Assembly: GCF_001194135.2 (NCBI RefSeq)
Contig: NC_068989.1
Location: 9,401,560-9,465,559, forward strand
Length of the DNA: 64,000 nucleotides
Source of the DNA: Octopus bimaculoides
Lineage: Eukaryota
Direction: 5' to 3'
Shown piece by piece: positions 12,357-25,080 of the stretch. The position numbers and the translations under genes were made by a program. How positions within the stretch are numbered: the first letter of the stretch is position 1; the number at the start of each line of letters is the position of its first letter. The notes beneath the pieces are model-generated. The model searched no databases. It was not told the DNA's origin and was given only the letters and a program-made list of their open reading frames with translations.

Positions 12357-13285
12357 NNNNNNNNNNNNNNNNNNNNNNNNNNNNNNNNNNNNNNNNNNNN
12401 NNNNNNNNNNNNNNNNNNNNNNNNNNNNNNNNNNNNNNNNNNNNNNNNNNNNNNNNNNNNNNNNNNNNNNNNNNNNNNNNNNNNNNNNNNNNNNNNNNNN
12501 NNNNNNNNNNNNNNNNNNNNNNNNNNNNNNNNNNNNNNNNNNNNNNNNNNNNNNNNNNNNNNNNNNNNNNNNNNNNNNNNNNNNNNNNNNNNNNNNNNNN
12601 NNNNNNNNNNNNNNNNNNNNNNNNNNNNNNNNNNNNNNNNNNNNNNNNNNNNNNNNNNNNNNNNNNNNNNNNNNNNNNNNNNNNNNNNNNNNNNNNNNNN
12701 NNNNNNNNNNNNNNNNNNNNNNNNNNNNNNNNNNNNNNNNNNNNNNNNNNNNNNNNNNNNNNNNNNNNNNNNNNNNNNNNNNNNNNNNNNNNNNNNNNNN
12801 NNNNNNNNNNNNNNNNNNNNNNNNNNNNNNNNNNNNNNNNNNNNNNNNNNNNNNNNNNNNNNNNNNNNNNNNNNNNNNNNNNNNNNNNNNNNNNNNNNNN
12901 NNNNNNNNNNNNNNNNNNNNNNNNNNNNNNNNNNNNNNNNNNNNNNNNNNNNNNNNNNNNNNNNNNNNNNNNNNNNNNNNNNNNNNNNNNNNNNNNNNNN
13001 NNNNNNNNNNNNNNNNNNNNNNNNNNNNNNNNNNNNNNNNNNNNNNNNNNNNNNNNNNNNNNNNNNNNNNNNNNNNNNNNNNNNNNNNNNNNNNNNNNNN
13101 NNNNNNNNNNNNNNNNNNNNNNNNNNNNNNNNNNNNNNNNNNNNNNNNNNNNNNNNNNNNNNNNNNNNNNNNNNNNNNNNNNNNNNNNNNNNNNNNNNNN
13201 NNNNNNNNNNNNNNNNNNNNNNNNNNNNNNNNNNNNNNNNNNNNNNNNNNNNNNNNNNNNNNNNNNNNNNNNNNNNNNNNNNNNN
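12357..13285. other. Assembly gap (largest of about 15 N runs)
   Basis: Other N runs at about 1386-1656, 8929-9024, 10125-10507, 16797-17107, 20610-20950, 21636-21645, 31113-31166, 41056-41632, 42498-42579, 47631-48263, 51887-52068, 55084-55912, 57564-57843 and 61953-61969. Most abut microsatellites. Confidence 0.99.
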
Positions 13286-13407
13286 ATAACCAGCCGAAAT
13301 TGCAAAGATAATCTGGAACTCGACTGAGGAAAGAAAACTCCGAATGACCCGTCCTTGTTTTCTTTGTATCGTCTGTCTGGATGTTTTGCGTTCTTGTCCC
13401 ATTTTTG

Positions 13408-13410
<3 letters not shown>
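13286..13410 (+). repeat. Unclassified repeat related to 3500-3880 (pLTR-like)
   Basis: TAACCAGCCGAAATTGC..CTGGAACTCGACTGAGGAAG..AATGACCCGTC. Confidence 0.4.
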
Positions 13411-13449
<39 letters not shown>

Positions 13450-13494
13450 GAGAGAGAGAGAGAGAGATAAATATACATATACACATACATGCAC

Positions 13495-13660
13495 AGTTTA
13501 TTTGCCAACAGAATGTGGTGGTCCTATAAAGGATGATGTTACTGTTGTTTAAGCCCCAGACTGTGTGTCAATAGCCAGCTGGAAAAGATGTTTTCCTGGG
13601 GCTTAAACAACAATAATATCATCCTTTCTAGGACCACGACATCCCGTTGGCAAATAAACT
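13495..13660. mobile_element. Fold-back element / candidate MITE with 65-bp inverted arms
   Basis: 13495-13559 versus the reverse complement of 13596-13660: 59/65 identical, 36-nt spacer; no clear TSD. Confidence 0.7.
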
Positions 13661-14179
13661 CTACTATATACATATACATATGTATATGCATACATATATC
13701 TATATGTCAAACCAGCCAACCCTTGCCAACGTGGAAAAGGGGGCGTTAAATGATGATGGTGGTGATGATGATGATGATGATGAAGAGGAGGTGGTGGTGG
13801 TGGTGGTGGAGGAGGAGGATGTTGATGATGATGATGATGAAGGGCTTCCCCCTCAAATTCAACATTATCAACCTCAATCAAGAGACTCTGAGCCTTAATC
13901 TCATTATCGTCAATCGCAATTATGTCATCACGTGTCTCAATTATGCCAGCTTCAACTTTGATTTTGTCATAAACTTTAATTTCATTATTGTCAACTGAAA
14001 TTTGTTCATCATCCATTATGGTGAACCAAAGGCACAGAACTTGAATTTCAATGAGTAATTGTGTCAAATTACGATGACAGTCTTACTGTGATTGTAATTG
14101 CTTCTGTTTTAGATATTCCTCAAACTATTATTCAAATAAACAAATAGGAAGGTTGTATCATACAGAACAAGTCGGGGGG

Positions 14180-15135
14180 TTAGAGGGAGAGTGGAAACAG
14201 GAAAATTCTGGAAGAAATGAAAAAAACTTTATACAAATCTAAGGAAACAAAAAATGGTTTTTGACAATTTAATGTGAAGCTGTCAAAAACAAGTGTTGAT
14301 AAATTCCTTAAAAATCTCTTACGCATTCATGAGGTGTAAAGTGATTTCTGAAACTGCTTTAAGTGCTGAGAACATGACACAGGAAAGTCTAAGAGGAAAA
14401 TATTTTTATTGATGATGTTTGGTTCCATACTTGCATGAGATCTAAAGATTGAACAATTTTGTATGAGGACAGTATCCAGATCGTATTTCCAAAATGTAGG
14501 TATGTGTTATGTTATGAAAGAAAGTGGGAAAAATTTGCTTTAAACAGAACTGGTGCTTTCAACTCCGAAAGCTTTTATGATTTTATTGAAACATTTCTTA
14601 AAGGGATTGGTGAAAAATACTCGGAGAATTGTATACTAATTTTGGGCAAGGTTATTTTTCATAAGAACAAAGATGTGTATCAATTAATTATCTCTTGGTA
14701 CTTCAGGGAGTGACGACCCTGCCTGACACGAGTCTTGGGCTCAGCTGGCTCCAGCTGACAGTACCCAGTATGGGCCCCTATTTAGGGTTACGGAAAGGAG
14801 ACAACCTTCAAAGAAATCCAGAGTGGAGCTCCGTTGGTGGTTTAGTGTTTGACTTGACACTCTTCTGGCAGCTCCTGCAACCAAAGCTGGTGCCAAATGT
14901 AATGCTCTGCACTCCTTTGGACTACGTCAGTAAGGTCAAGAGAGGAACCCTGACGATTGGGCGACCCAGGATTTTCTTACATCTAGCCCAGGCCTGCGCA
15001 AAGCTGGAGAGGACATGAAATGTAAAAACCAGACTGGATTAGTTTATGTGCAACTCCATTCTCTCCCGAGACAAACGGATGCCAACAACAACAACAACAA
15101 CAATTATCTCTTGGGTATGACTTTGAATTGCACCT
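14180..15135 (+). mobile_element. Degenerate IS630/Tc1-like (DDE_3-type) transposase, interrupted by a retroposon
   Basis: IFIDDVWFHTCMR at 14402-14440 and GAFNSESFYDFIETFL..NCILILGKVIFHK..VYQLII (ORF 14459-14713), resuming as SLGYDFEL after the insertion. Confidence 0.7.
14699..15101 (+). mobile_element. 403-bp retroposon with (CAA)n tail and 13-bp TSD
   Basis: AATTATCTCTTGG at 14686-14698 and 15102-15114 flanks a GC-richer insert ending GGATGCC(AAC)n. Confidence 0.85.
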
Positions 15136-15224
15136 GGAATTAGGGCCTCAGTCTGAGAGCTTCAGGGTTTTGAGGAGTATGGAATCCCTGTTTACTTACT
15201 TTTGCTCCCTAGTCTACTCTGCAA

Positions 15225-15380
15225 AAACATGTTTGGCCATGGGGAAATATTATCTCGCATGGCCATGCTTGAGGGTTGGTAACAGGAAGGGCATCCAGCC
15301 ATGGAAAATCTGCCTCAACAATTTCTGTCTGACCCATGCAAGCATGAAAATGTGGATGTTTAATGATGACGATGACGATG
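15225..15380 (+). mobile_element. Repeat-C variant 3' end
   Basis: GGTTGGTAACAGGAAGGGCATCCAGCC..ACCCATGCAAGCATGAAAA..(GAT)n; same variant at 24150-24400. Confidence 0.8.
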
Positions 15381-15931
15381 ACGAGAAGAAGAAGAAGGAG
15401 GGGAAGAAGAAGAAGAAGAAGAAGAAGAAGAAGAAGAAGAAGAAGAAGAAGAAGGGAAGGATGGGAGGGGAAGGAAGAGGATGAAAATGATGATGATGAT
15501 GACAATGACAACAATGATGACAACGATGGCGATGATGTTGTGACAAATAATTTTGAGATGATTTTGGCATTTATTTCTTGCAGGTTTTGTAACATGGAGT
15601 GCTTCAATCCCTGGCTCATTTAACATAATGGTTTAATTTATTCCAGTAATTAGTGATAGTCAGTAAATTTCACAAATGATTCATTAACTTGCAGCTCTGA
15701 ATTCAGTATTTATTGCCTTGAGAAAAGTCACCATCAATACCCTGGTGTCTTATCCAAGAGAAAATCTCTTTCATCTGTTTATTGCCACAGAAACTGGACG
15801 TCAACATTGATCCATTGCACTATAGTGGTCATCAGAAGGAAACGGTAATTCCTTGCCTCTCTTCAGAATAATTTCTCCATGGCTTTCTTTCAGGCGACTT
15901 GGGTTTGACTCCCAGGATTGGAACGCAAACA

Positions 15932-16092
15932 TAGGTGCAGGTATGGCAGTGTGGTAAGAAGCTTGAATCCCAACCACATGGTCCTGGGTTCAGTCCCACA
16001 GCATGGTACCTTGAGGGAGTGTCTTCCACTATAGCCCTGGGTCAAACAAATCTTTGTGAGTGGATTTGGTAGAAAGAAACAGAAAGAAGCTT
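15932..16092 (+). mobile_element. SINE-A head
   Basis: GCAGGTATGGCAGTGTGGTAAGAAG..GGGTTCAGTCCCAC..GAAACAGAAAGAAG. Confidence 0.85.
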
Positions 16093-16159
16093 GCCATACA
16101 TACATACATACATATTTATATGTAGAAATGAAGCTATCCTGCTCTGCTGGGTGGGTAAT

Positions 16160-16440
16160 GTCAGTATGTAAATGATTTTAGAGGAAAACTGGGTACAAGA
16201 GGGATCAGGTGTTGTGTGCAAGAGAGAAGACTGCACCAGTTTGGTCATGTGATGCATATGGATGAGGACAGCTACATAAAGAAGTGCCAATCTCTAATTG
16301 TGGAGGGTACCTGTGAAAGGGGTAGACCCAGGAAGATGTAAAACGAAGTGGTGAGAAAAGATCTTTGGATAAAAGGCCTAACTGAGGAAATGACAAGGAA
16401 CCATGAGATGTGGTGATATGCTGTACTTGATAAAATGAAT
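16160..16440 (+). mobile_element. RTE-clade LINE C-terminal fragment
   Basis: Translates as VQERRLHQFGHVMHMDEDSYIKKCQSLIVEGTCERGRPRKM*NEVVRKDL, the RTE C-terminal LRWFGHV..RGRP..W motif. Confidence 0.85.
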
Positions 16441-16536
16441 CAAGCTGAGTAAAATTACTGTCTTCCATACATACAGGCTTGTCCTTTCAGATGCCAGTGC
16501 CACACAAAAAGCACCCATGCTTGTGCTGCATAAATG

Positions 16537-16753
16537 CAAGGGGGTGCTGAAAAGTTCCTGGCTTTGAGGGTATCGCGAAAGGCCTGGCTGGAGGCTCAAC
16601 CTTTCGAATTCTTTTATCAGGCTTAGAAAAACTGAAGGACCACTGCAATAAATGTGTGAATCTGAGAAAGGAATATGTTGAATAAAATCATAATTAAATA
16701 ACTCTCCTGTGTTTTCTTTTACTGAAAGCCAGAAACTTTTCAATACACCCTTG
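16537..16753 (+). mobile_element. 217-bp mariner-derived MITE
   Basis: 29-bp TIRs (CAAGGGGGTGCTGAAAAGTTCCTGGCTTT, 25/29 match); interior encodes GLEKLKDHCNKCVNLRKEYVE*, the mariner C-terminus. Confidence 0.85.
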
Positions 16754-17138
16754 TGTGTATATATATATATATATGCATATATATATGTATATATATNNNN
16801 NNNNNNNNNNNNNNNNNNNNNNNNNNNNNNNNNNNNNNNNNNNNNNNNNNNNNNNNNNNNNNNNNNNNNNNNNNNNNNNNNNNNNNNNNNNNNNNNNNNN
16901 NNNNNNNNNNNNNNNNNNNNNNNNNNNNNNNNNNNNNNNNNNNNNNNNNNNNNNNNNNNNNNNNNNNNNNNNNNNNNNNNNNNNNNNNNNNNNNNNNNNN
17001 NNNNNNNNNNNNNNNNNNNNNNNNNNNNNNNNNNNNNNNNNNNNNNNNNNNNNNNNNNNNNNNNNNNNNNNNNNNNNNNNNNNNNNNNNNNNNNNNNNNN
17101 NNNNNNNTATGTGTGTGTATATATATGTATATATATGT

Positions 17139-17170
<32 letters not shown>

Positions 17171-17218
17171 GCATATATATATGTATATATATGTATATAT
17201 ACATATATATATATGTAT

Positions 17219-17261
<43 letters not shown>

Positions 17262-17695
17262 CAAACTTACATATATATACATACATATATATATAAATCT
17301 GTTATGTACTTGTGAGTTTTTTTGTTGTGTGTATCTGTGTATATACTCACATACATATATACATGCATACAAACATAGAAAGATTTTCGTTTTTTTATCT
17401 ATATGCGTCTACACATTCACATGCCTTTCGCTCACAACATTTGGCAGAGAAAATTTTCTCTGTAAAGAAAATGACTGTAAAAGTTTTCAAAAATGTCACC
17501 TACACACTTTCCCCAACTCACTTCTCTCATACAAAAACGCACACGTATATAATTACACGCATTTACATACATACACAAATACATACATAAATTCATACAT
17601 TCATACATTCATATATTCATATATTCATCCTTCGATACATATCGTTCATTTACATTGGGAAATTAAATTTTAAAACCATCGTCATTCTTTTACAG

Positions 17696-17765
17696 TTCTG
17701 TCTACACCATTGTATCCTCGCCTGCAAACTTCTGATAGCTTTGCAAAACCCAAAGACTTTGACAA
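17696..17765 (+). CDS. Candidate 70-nt internal coding exon (phase 0: FCLHHCILACKLLIALQNPKTLT)
   Basis: Strong acceptor TCATTCTTTTACAG and donor CAA|GTACGT; phase 0 is open and compatible with exon 6383-6530. Phase 2 is also open. Confidence 0.5.
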
Positions 17766-17894
17766 GTACGTTACGTTTTTAATTTCTTCCCTCTTTTTTA
17801 TTTTTTATTTTTCTTTTCTTTTACATCATATTTTATATCTTTAGTTTAGTCTTGACAAATTTTCATTCATGGTTTAACAAAATTATTATTATTT

Positions 17895-17920
17895 TATTCA
17901 TATCATCATCATCATCATCA

Positions 17921-17966
<46 letters not shown>

Positions 17967-18013
17967 CATTATTATTATTAATTGTTATTATAATGTTATT
18001 ATTATCATGTTAC

Positions 18014-18076
<63 letters not shown>

Positions 18077-18077
18077 G

Positions 18078-18113
<36 letters not shown>

Positions 18114-18260
18114 ATTATTATTATCATTATTATTATTACTACTACTACTACTATTTTCACTACTACTACTACTGCTATTGCTACTATTTTCACTACTCCT
18201 ACTGGTACTACTACTACTACTATTACTACTACTATTGTTATTATCATTATCGTCATTGTA
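17895..18260. repeat. Compound (ATC)/(ATT)/(ACT) microsatellite
   Basis: Direct inspection. Confidence 0.95.
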
Positions 18261-18899
18261 GTTCTTATTTTTGTTATTATTATAAATGCAGTTTTGTTGT
18301 TTTCTTCTTTTGTCTTTATGTCTCTTTCTTTTTGTTTTGTTTTGTTTTGCTTTTTCTTTTTACTTATTTTTATTTTTACCTTATCCTAGCACAATGTAGC
18401 AATTTAGAAAGAGAACAATGCAATATGCCTTTATAACTACAGGGAAGAACTTCACTAAACTGTCAAACTCTATTTTAAGAAAGAGACGAATGGGATTTGG
18501 AGAAATTTTATTTTCTGAAGAAGGAACAAAGAAACACAATTTCCTCTTTCTATTTTCCTTTTTGAAGTTGTTGTTACTGATTCATATCAGTACTTGTTGT
18601 TGCTATTACTGTTATTGTTGTTGATGTTGTTATGGTTATTGTTATAGTTGTTGTTATCGACGTTGTTTCTGTTGTTATTGCTTTCATATCAATTTTTGTA
18701 GTTACCACTGTTTCATATTAATGTCTTTGCTGTTGTTCGTTGTTTTATATTGTATTGGTGGATTTCAATGTATGAACATAATAATGGTTGTTTCAATGAT
18801 AGGATGTCAAAATTTTGTTCCTGAGTTCAAAGTTAAAGAGCTGTGAGTTATTCTGTGAAGCAAAGACACAGGAAAATGAAAAAAATAATAATAATAATG

Positions 18900-19300
18900 A
18901 CTAAATAGGATAAAAGATAGTCAAAGGAGAAGAGGCACTTCATGTAACCTCTGTACTTGCTTTCAAACTTGTGAGATTGATGCAGTTTATGTTTAGCTTG
19001 ATCGTACATTTGTAGGTCAATGTTTGCTGTCAAGGAATGGTTCACCATAGGGTTACAGAACTGCGAAGGAAGGATAAGACAATGTATTTAGAGCAGATTT
19101 TTTCTGGTGAGACTCAGTAAGGTTGATCGAAGGACATGACATGGGTTAGGTGGCTTTGCATGAGTGGTGAGGGTATCCAACTAGTTATTCGGAATAAAAG
19201 AGGTTGTTTGTAGTCAAGGGTTAGAGAAGAGACAAAGGAGAAAACAATGTATGTATAGGCCAGTGATTGAAGCATGTTGATCAGTGAATCCTTGCCAATC
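18900..19300 (-). mobile_element. Possible highly degenerate CR1/L2-type LINE 3' end
   Basis: Minus strand gives SFLRSSVTLW*, resembling the SF.PRT..LWN.LP motif; followed by a (GATT)n-type tail. Confidence 0.3.
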
Positions 19301-19445
19301 AATCAATCAATCAATCAATCAGTCTTTTGGATGTGGTCTTCAATGCTCATGCATACACCAACAGCATCAATCACCTACACATGAACAGTAACTCAAAATA
19401 GGTCATTTTTTTTATTTGCCTAATATTTTAGCATGAGACAAACCC

Positions 19446-19850
19446 ACAGGTATGGCTGTGTGGTAAGAAGTTTTCTTCCCAACCACATGGTTCTGAGTTC
19501 AGTCTCACTGCATGGTACCTTGGACAAGTGTCTTCTAATATAATCCCAGCCCAACCAAAGCCATGTGAGTAAATTTGTTTGATGGAAACTGAAAGAAACC
19601 TGTTGTGTGTGTGTGTGTGTGTGTGTGTGTGTCTTAGTGTTTATGCTTGTTCTCTATTACTGCTTGACAACTGCTGTTGGTTTATTTACATTCCTGTAGC
19701 TTAGCAGTTCAGCAAGATGACCTGATGAAATAAGTGCATTGCTTTAAAAAAATAAAATAACTCCTGGGATCAATTTGTTTCACTAAACCCTTCAAAACGG
19801 TGCCCCAGCATGGCCACAGTCCAATGACTGGAACAAGTAAAAGTTAAAAG
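19446..19850 (+). mobile_element. SINE-A, head plus (TG)n plus tail module
   Basis: Head as above; tail GCTTGACAAC..GTAGCTTAGCAGTTC..CCCCAGCATGGCCACAGTCCAATGACTG. Confidence 0.85.
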
Positions 19851-20029
19851 ATATAGAATTCATCAACTGTGGTGAGTCTAGGATATTTACCCCTCATGGA
19901 CAATAAGCCACCACCGAGGACAATTACCCCTCAGGACAACAGATGATGATTTGAAACTTCTTAGTATATTGGAGAGGGGGTAATTAACCCCTCCCCATTA
20001 GCACGTTTAGGAAAATGACAAGCAGCATT

Positions 20030-20215
20030 TTTTTCTGACTCCTTAGATTCTGACTTCAAATTCTACTCAGATCCACTTTACTTTGCATCCTTTCAAGATT
20101 GATAAAATAAAGTACCAGTAAAGCACTGATGTTGATGCAACTAACTGCCCCTCCCCTTAAAATAACTGACCATGTGCCAGAATCTGAAATAATTATTTAT
20201 GAAATCACACCTACT
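20030..20215 (+). mobile_element. SINE-B, partial
   Basis: TTCTGACTTCAAATTC..ACTTTACTTTGCATCCTTT..GATAAAATAAAGTACCAG. Confidence 0.7.
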
Positions 20216-20261
20216 CTTACTTCCGTAACTGAGTTGATCAGTTTGATAGTAGTATTTGCTG

Positions 20262-20317
20262 ATGCTGATGATGACGATAACGATGATGATAACGAGGATG
20301 ATGATGAGGCTGATGAC

Positions 20318-20351
<34 letters not shown>

Positions 20352-20449
20352 GTGGCGATGATGATGATGATGACGGCGATGATGATGATGATGATGACGA
20401 CGATGATGAGGTTGACGATCATGGCAATGATGATGATGATGATGATGAC

Positions 20450-20488
<39 letters not shown>
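20262..20488. repeat. (GAT)n microsatellite
   Basis: Direct inspection; explains the poly-Asp/His/Met ORFs. Confidence 0.95.
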
Positions 20489-21033
20489 ACAATGGTGTCG
20501 GTCATTTGGGGATGGCCCCTTCTGGAAGTATCTGAGTGACAAGTACATGTCCTCCTTCATAGAATATATTCAGCTTTGCCATGAATATTAATCCCTGATG
20601 GTTTAGCTGNNNNNNNNNNNNNNNNNNNNNNNNNNNNNNNNNNNNNNNNNNNNNNNNNNNNNNNNNNNNNNNNNNNNNNNNNNNNNNNNNNNNNNNNNNN
20701 NNNNNNNNNNNNNNNNNNNNNNNNNNNNNNNNNNNNNNNNNNNNNNNNNNNNNNNNNNNNNNNNNNNNNNNNNNNNNNNNNNNNNNNNNNNNNNNNNNNN
20801 NNNNNNNNNNNNNNNNNNNNNNNNNNNNNNNNNNNNNNNNNNNNNNNNNNNNNNNNNNNNNNNNNNNNNNNNNNNNNNNNNNNNNNNNNNNNNNNNNNNN
20901 NNNNNNNNNNNNNNNNNNNNNNNNNNNNNNNNNNNNNNNNNNNNNNNNNNTATATATATGTATGCATATATATATATTTGAATATATATATATGTGTGTG
21001 TGTGTATTATAATTATATTTTTATAATTATACT

Positions 21034-21073
<40 letters not shown>

Positions 21074-21732
21074 CATACATATATATACATATATGTATTA
21101 TATGTGTGTATGAATACACACATACACATACACAATGTACATATAACTGCATAGATATCCACGCATGTGTCTGTATGTGCATATATTTAACCATCTGTTT
21201 CTTTATCTAAGTGTATATGTATGTATATACATATACATATACATTCACACACATATATACATACACGATTGTATATCTAGACATGTATGCATGTGTAATG
21301 TGTGTATAGATGTTTGTGTATATTTGAGTGTAACATTCATATAAATATATTTGTACTTATGTTTGTCATTATAAACATGTAGAAATATATGTATATCTAG
21401 TATGTATTCCTGTATACATAAAAGAGATGAATATTTATATATGAATACACTTACGTACATAAATACGAATGTATGAAAATATATATATATATATGTGTGT
21501 GTATGTATGTATGTATACACACACACACATATATATGTATATATATACACACATCTGTGTGTAATTGGCTGAAAATTTGCATTAACTCATGTACTGAGTT
21601 CTATTTCTTCTGTCTATTCCACCAAACCTAGAAATNNNNNNNNNNCTCATGTACTGAGTTCTATTTCTTCTGTCTATTCCACCAAACCTAGAAATACATG
21701 CATATATATGTATATATATCTACTTTTAGATG

Positions 21733-21796
<64 letters not shown>

Positions 21797-22368
21797 TTGA
21801 CTTCCTAGTTCCAGTGAAACTGTCTAACCCATGCCAGCATGGAAAACAGACATTAAATGATGATGATGATGATGACGATGTGTGTGTAAGTGTGTGTGTG
21901 TAAGAACCAAGGTGTTTTTCATCATCATCACTATTTACATCCTCTTTTATATGATTTGATGGGTTAGATGAGAACATATTGGAGCAATACTTTTCTATGA
22001 CCAGATGCCCTTCTTGACACCTGTTTCCAAGCAAGGCAATAATTCTCTCTCAAAACATCATTTTGCTGAACCTAGCTTACCCAAGCCATACACACATCAG
22101 CAAAAGTACCATTTAATGTTCAAATATAAGAACAAATTCATTCTGATCTTGCTGTGAATGACAGATCTGGTGTTTGTAGCTGATGGCATAAAAGAAAGCA
22201 GAAATGCATGTGTGCTATAATCTGATGACACCATTCACTGGATCATAGCACATATAATGCTATATAATATGTCTTCATAGATGTTGTCTTAGAGAATTTT
22301 CTCCTTAGACTATTTCAACAGCAAGACAGGCCTTCTTATAGCTGAGTGTTAAATATGAACACATGCAT

Positions 22369-22590
22369 AAGGTGGGGAGCAGGAGGAATTCTTAGCATGC
22401 TGGGGAAAATGGTTAGCGATGTTATCATCCATCTTTACTTTCTCAGTTCGAATTCTGCTGAGGTTGACTTCGCCTTTCATTTTTTTCTGGGGTTGATAAA
22501 ATAAGTACCAGCTGAGCACTGGGGTCGATGTAAATGACTTAGCTCCTCCCCGCAAAATAGCTGGCCGTGTGCCATAATTTGAAATCATGA
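22369..22590 (+). mobile_element. SINE-B
   Basis: AAGGTGGGGAGC..GTTCGAATTCTGCTGAGGTTGACTTCGCCTTTCAT..AAGTACCAG..GGGGTCGATGTAA. Confidence 0.8.
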
Positions 22591-23878
22591 TGAATACATA
22601 CATGCATAGATAGATAGATAGATGGATGGATTGACAGACAGAGAGATAGATAGAGAGAGAGAAAGAGAGACAGAGAGACAGATAGACAGACAGACAGACA
22701 GACCGACAGACCGACAGACCGACAGACAGACAGACAGATAGATGGATGTACATATTTATATATATACATTATCAATAAGTAAAATAATTCATATTTCTAT
22801 GCCTGCATATTTTGTAGAAAGAGGGAAAACGAGCCTGTACATCCAAACACCGGTTGTAACTATGTAATTGGTCAAACTTCTTTCTCTTCAGTAACTATTT
22901 CATTCTTATCTCACTCCTCTTTTCTGTTTCTATTTCATATTTATAACTATCGCTGGCTGTCATCACCACTACAACATATCTCCCAATATTCATGACAGGT
23001 AATGCACGAGGAAGTGTTAATTTACACTGCACAACCATCCCTTCTTCTGACCACGTGTCACACCAACATCTAGGGAGCTATTTTATGTCAACAGTATCAC
23101 AAGGGCAGCAAGAAATGAATTTCCTCATTTTATCTATTATGTATGTATGTATGTATGTATGTATGTATGTATGTATGTATGTATGTATTCATGTATGTAT
23201 GTATGTATTCATGTATGTATGCAGAACAGAATTGATGTATAAATATCAAAAAATATATCCAGAGTAATTAAGAGTTCAAATGATAACACATCACTAAATT
23301 CCAATATGTTATTACAATGCAGTAAATATTCATGGAACAAACATGCATGTATAAACAGAACTGACAAAAACAATAAGTGGGAGCAGCATATTTAGAATAA
23401 AAAGCAGAAAAGCATAAACGCTATATATATATATTTATATAGTTCATAATTGAATTGTGCTTTACTGCTGTTTCAATGGTGCAAAACATCGTTATTTTTA
23501 AGTATGCAATTAAAATACATAATTAATTATTTTATTCAAAAGTGATGTGGGTAATATATCAGTTTTAAAGTAATCATTTATGTAATTTAATTGCGTGCTT
23601 AAATAAATTATGATGTTTTATGTCATTGAAACAGTTGTAGAGCACAATTAAATTATGATCTAGATGTGAAATTTTTGCCTTACTGTTTTATATAGTCTAA
23701 AAAATGTACATATATATATATAATAATTACTAAATAATATATAATATATATATGCATGCATATATGGGTACAGGACATGCTAAGGTCATAGGGAACAAGA
23801 ATTATTACTGATCTACTTCAAGAAATAGAAGACTGTTTAACCTTAATTTTGCAGATGTCAATTTTACATTGAGATAAG

Positions 23879-24400
23879 TGCAGACATGACTGTATGGTTA
23901 AGAAGTTTGCTTCCCAACCCCAAGGATTTGGGGTTCAGTTCCATCCTCTGCATGGCTCCTTGGACAAGTGTCTTCTGCTATAGCCACAGAACAACCAAAG
24001 TCCTGTGAGTAGATTTGGTCGACAGAAACTAGAAGAAGCCCATCATATATGTATATTATATGTGTGTGTATGTGTGTGCAAGCATGTGTATGTGTGTGCA
24101 AGCATGTGTATGTGTGCATATGTATGTGTACATATGTATGTGTACATATGTGTGTCTTATTGTGCCTTCATGTCTTGGCATCACATGATCATTGTAAACT
24201 AGTGTCGCTGTCATAAAAGTGATGTCGTTGTTTATTTCCAGTCTTCCATGGAAACATGTTTGGTCAAAGGGAAATATTACCTTGCTGGGAAAACAAGGGA
24301 GGGTTGGCAACAGGAAGGGCATCCAGCCATAGAAAATCTTCCACAACAAATTCCATCTCGCCCATAGAAGCATGGAAAAGTGAAATTTAAAACACTGACA
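23879..24400 (+). mobile_element. SINE-A head, microsatellite, repeat-C variant body
   Basis: Head at 23879-24050; GGGTTGGCAACAGGAAGGGCATCCAGCC core at about 24300. Confidence 0.8.
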
Positions 24401-25080
24401 ATGTGGGAGGGGTAGCAGCATTGGTGGCAGTGACAATGGTGGTGGTGGCGGCGGCAGTGGCGGTGGTAGCGGTGGCAGTGGCAGCGGTGGTGGAGATGAA
24501 AGATTAAAATCCACCTTTAGGTAATACATCCTTGGAAGTAACTAGTACGAAAGAAAATTCAAATGAAACTAATGGTGTATACACCCATAAAACACATGTT
24601 CAAACGTTTCATTGATTAACTTCAAATTTATTTAAATTGATCAGATTAGTCCAGAAGTGAGATTTACTTCCAGTATACATTTCTGTTATATCAATCATAT
24701 CTGCTTGATCAGAGAACACAAACACTCTGCACACTGCTCAGAGATATCATCCGATATCACTTTAAGCAATGATGTTATGCGATAACTAGTTCGTAGCTCT
24801 ATTTCAAGATAATAGCAGAGAGTATTTGGATATTAATTAATATTCAAGGATTCTCAATGGATATATCTAAAAACAAACATATTTGATATTAGAAATATAA
24901 TTAACCAGTTGAAGAAGTAGCGGTAATTCTACCAAATACTAATTTGGAAACCCTGCAACCAGAATCATTTATTAAGCTACGTAAATGGATTGTCTAAAAT
25001 GGCTTCCTTTCAAACAGTTGAATCTATTCATCCAAGTTATGACCGACTGTCATTACCATTTCTACTTACATTTGTTGGGA

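Noticed and set aside
15584-15630. Strong acceptor TTATTTCTTGCAG followed by a short open frame (GFVTWSASIPGSFNIM)
   Set aside because: No good donor; phase 0, needed to follow exon 6383-6530, hits a stop at once.
20129-20591. Poly-Asp/His/Met ORFs
   Set aside because: (GAT)n microsatellite.
21586-21695. Exact 50-bp direct repeat
   Set aside because: The two copies flank a 10-N gap, typical of unmerged overlapping contig ends.
22208-22255. Imperfect hairpin of about 48 nt
   Set aside because: Only about 15 bp plus a bulged extension; within chance expectation for AT-rich DNA.
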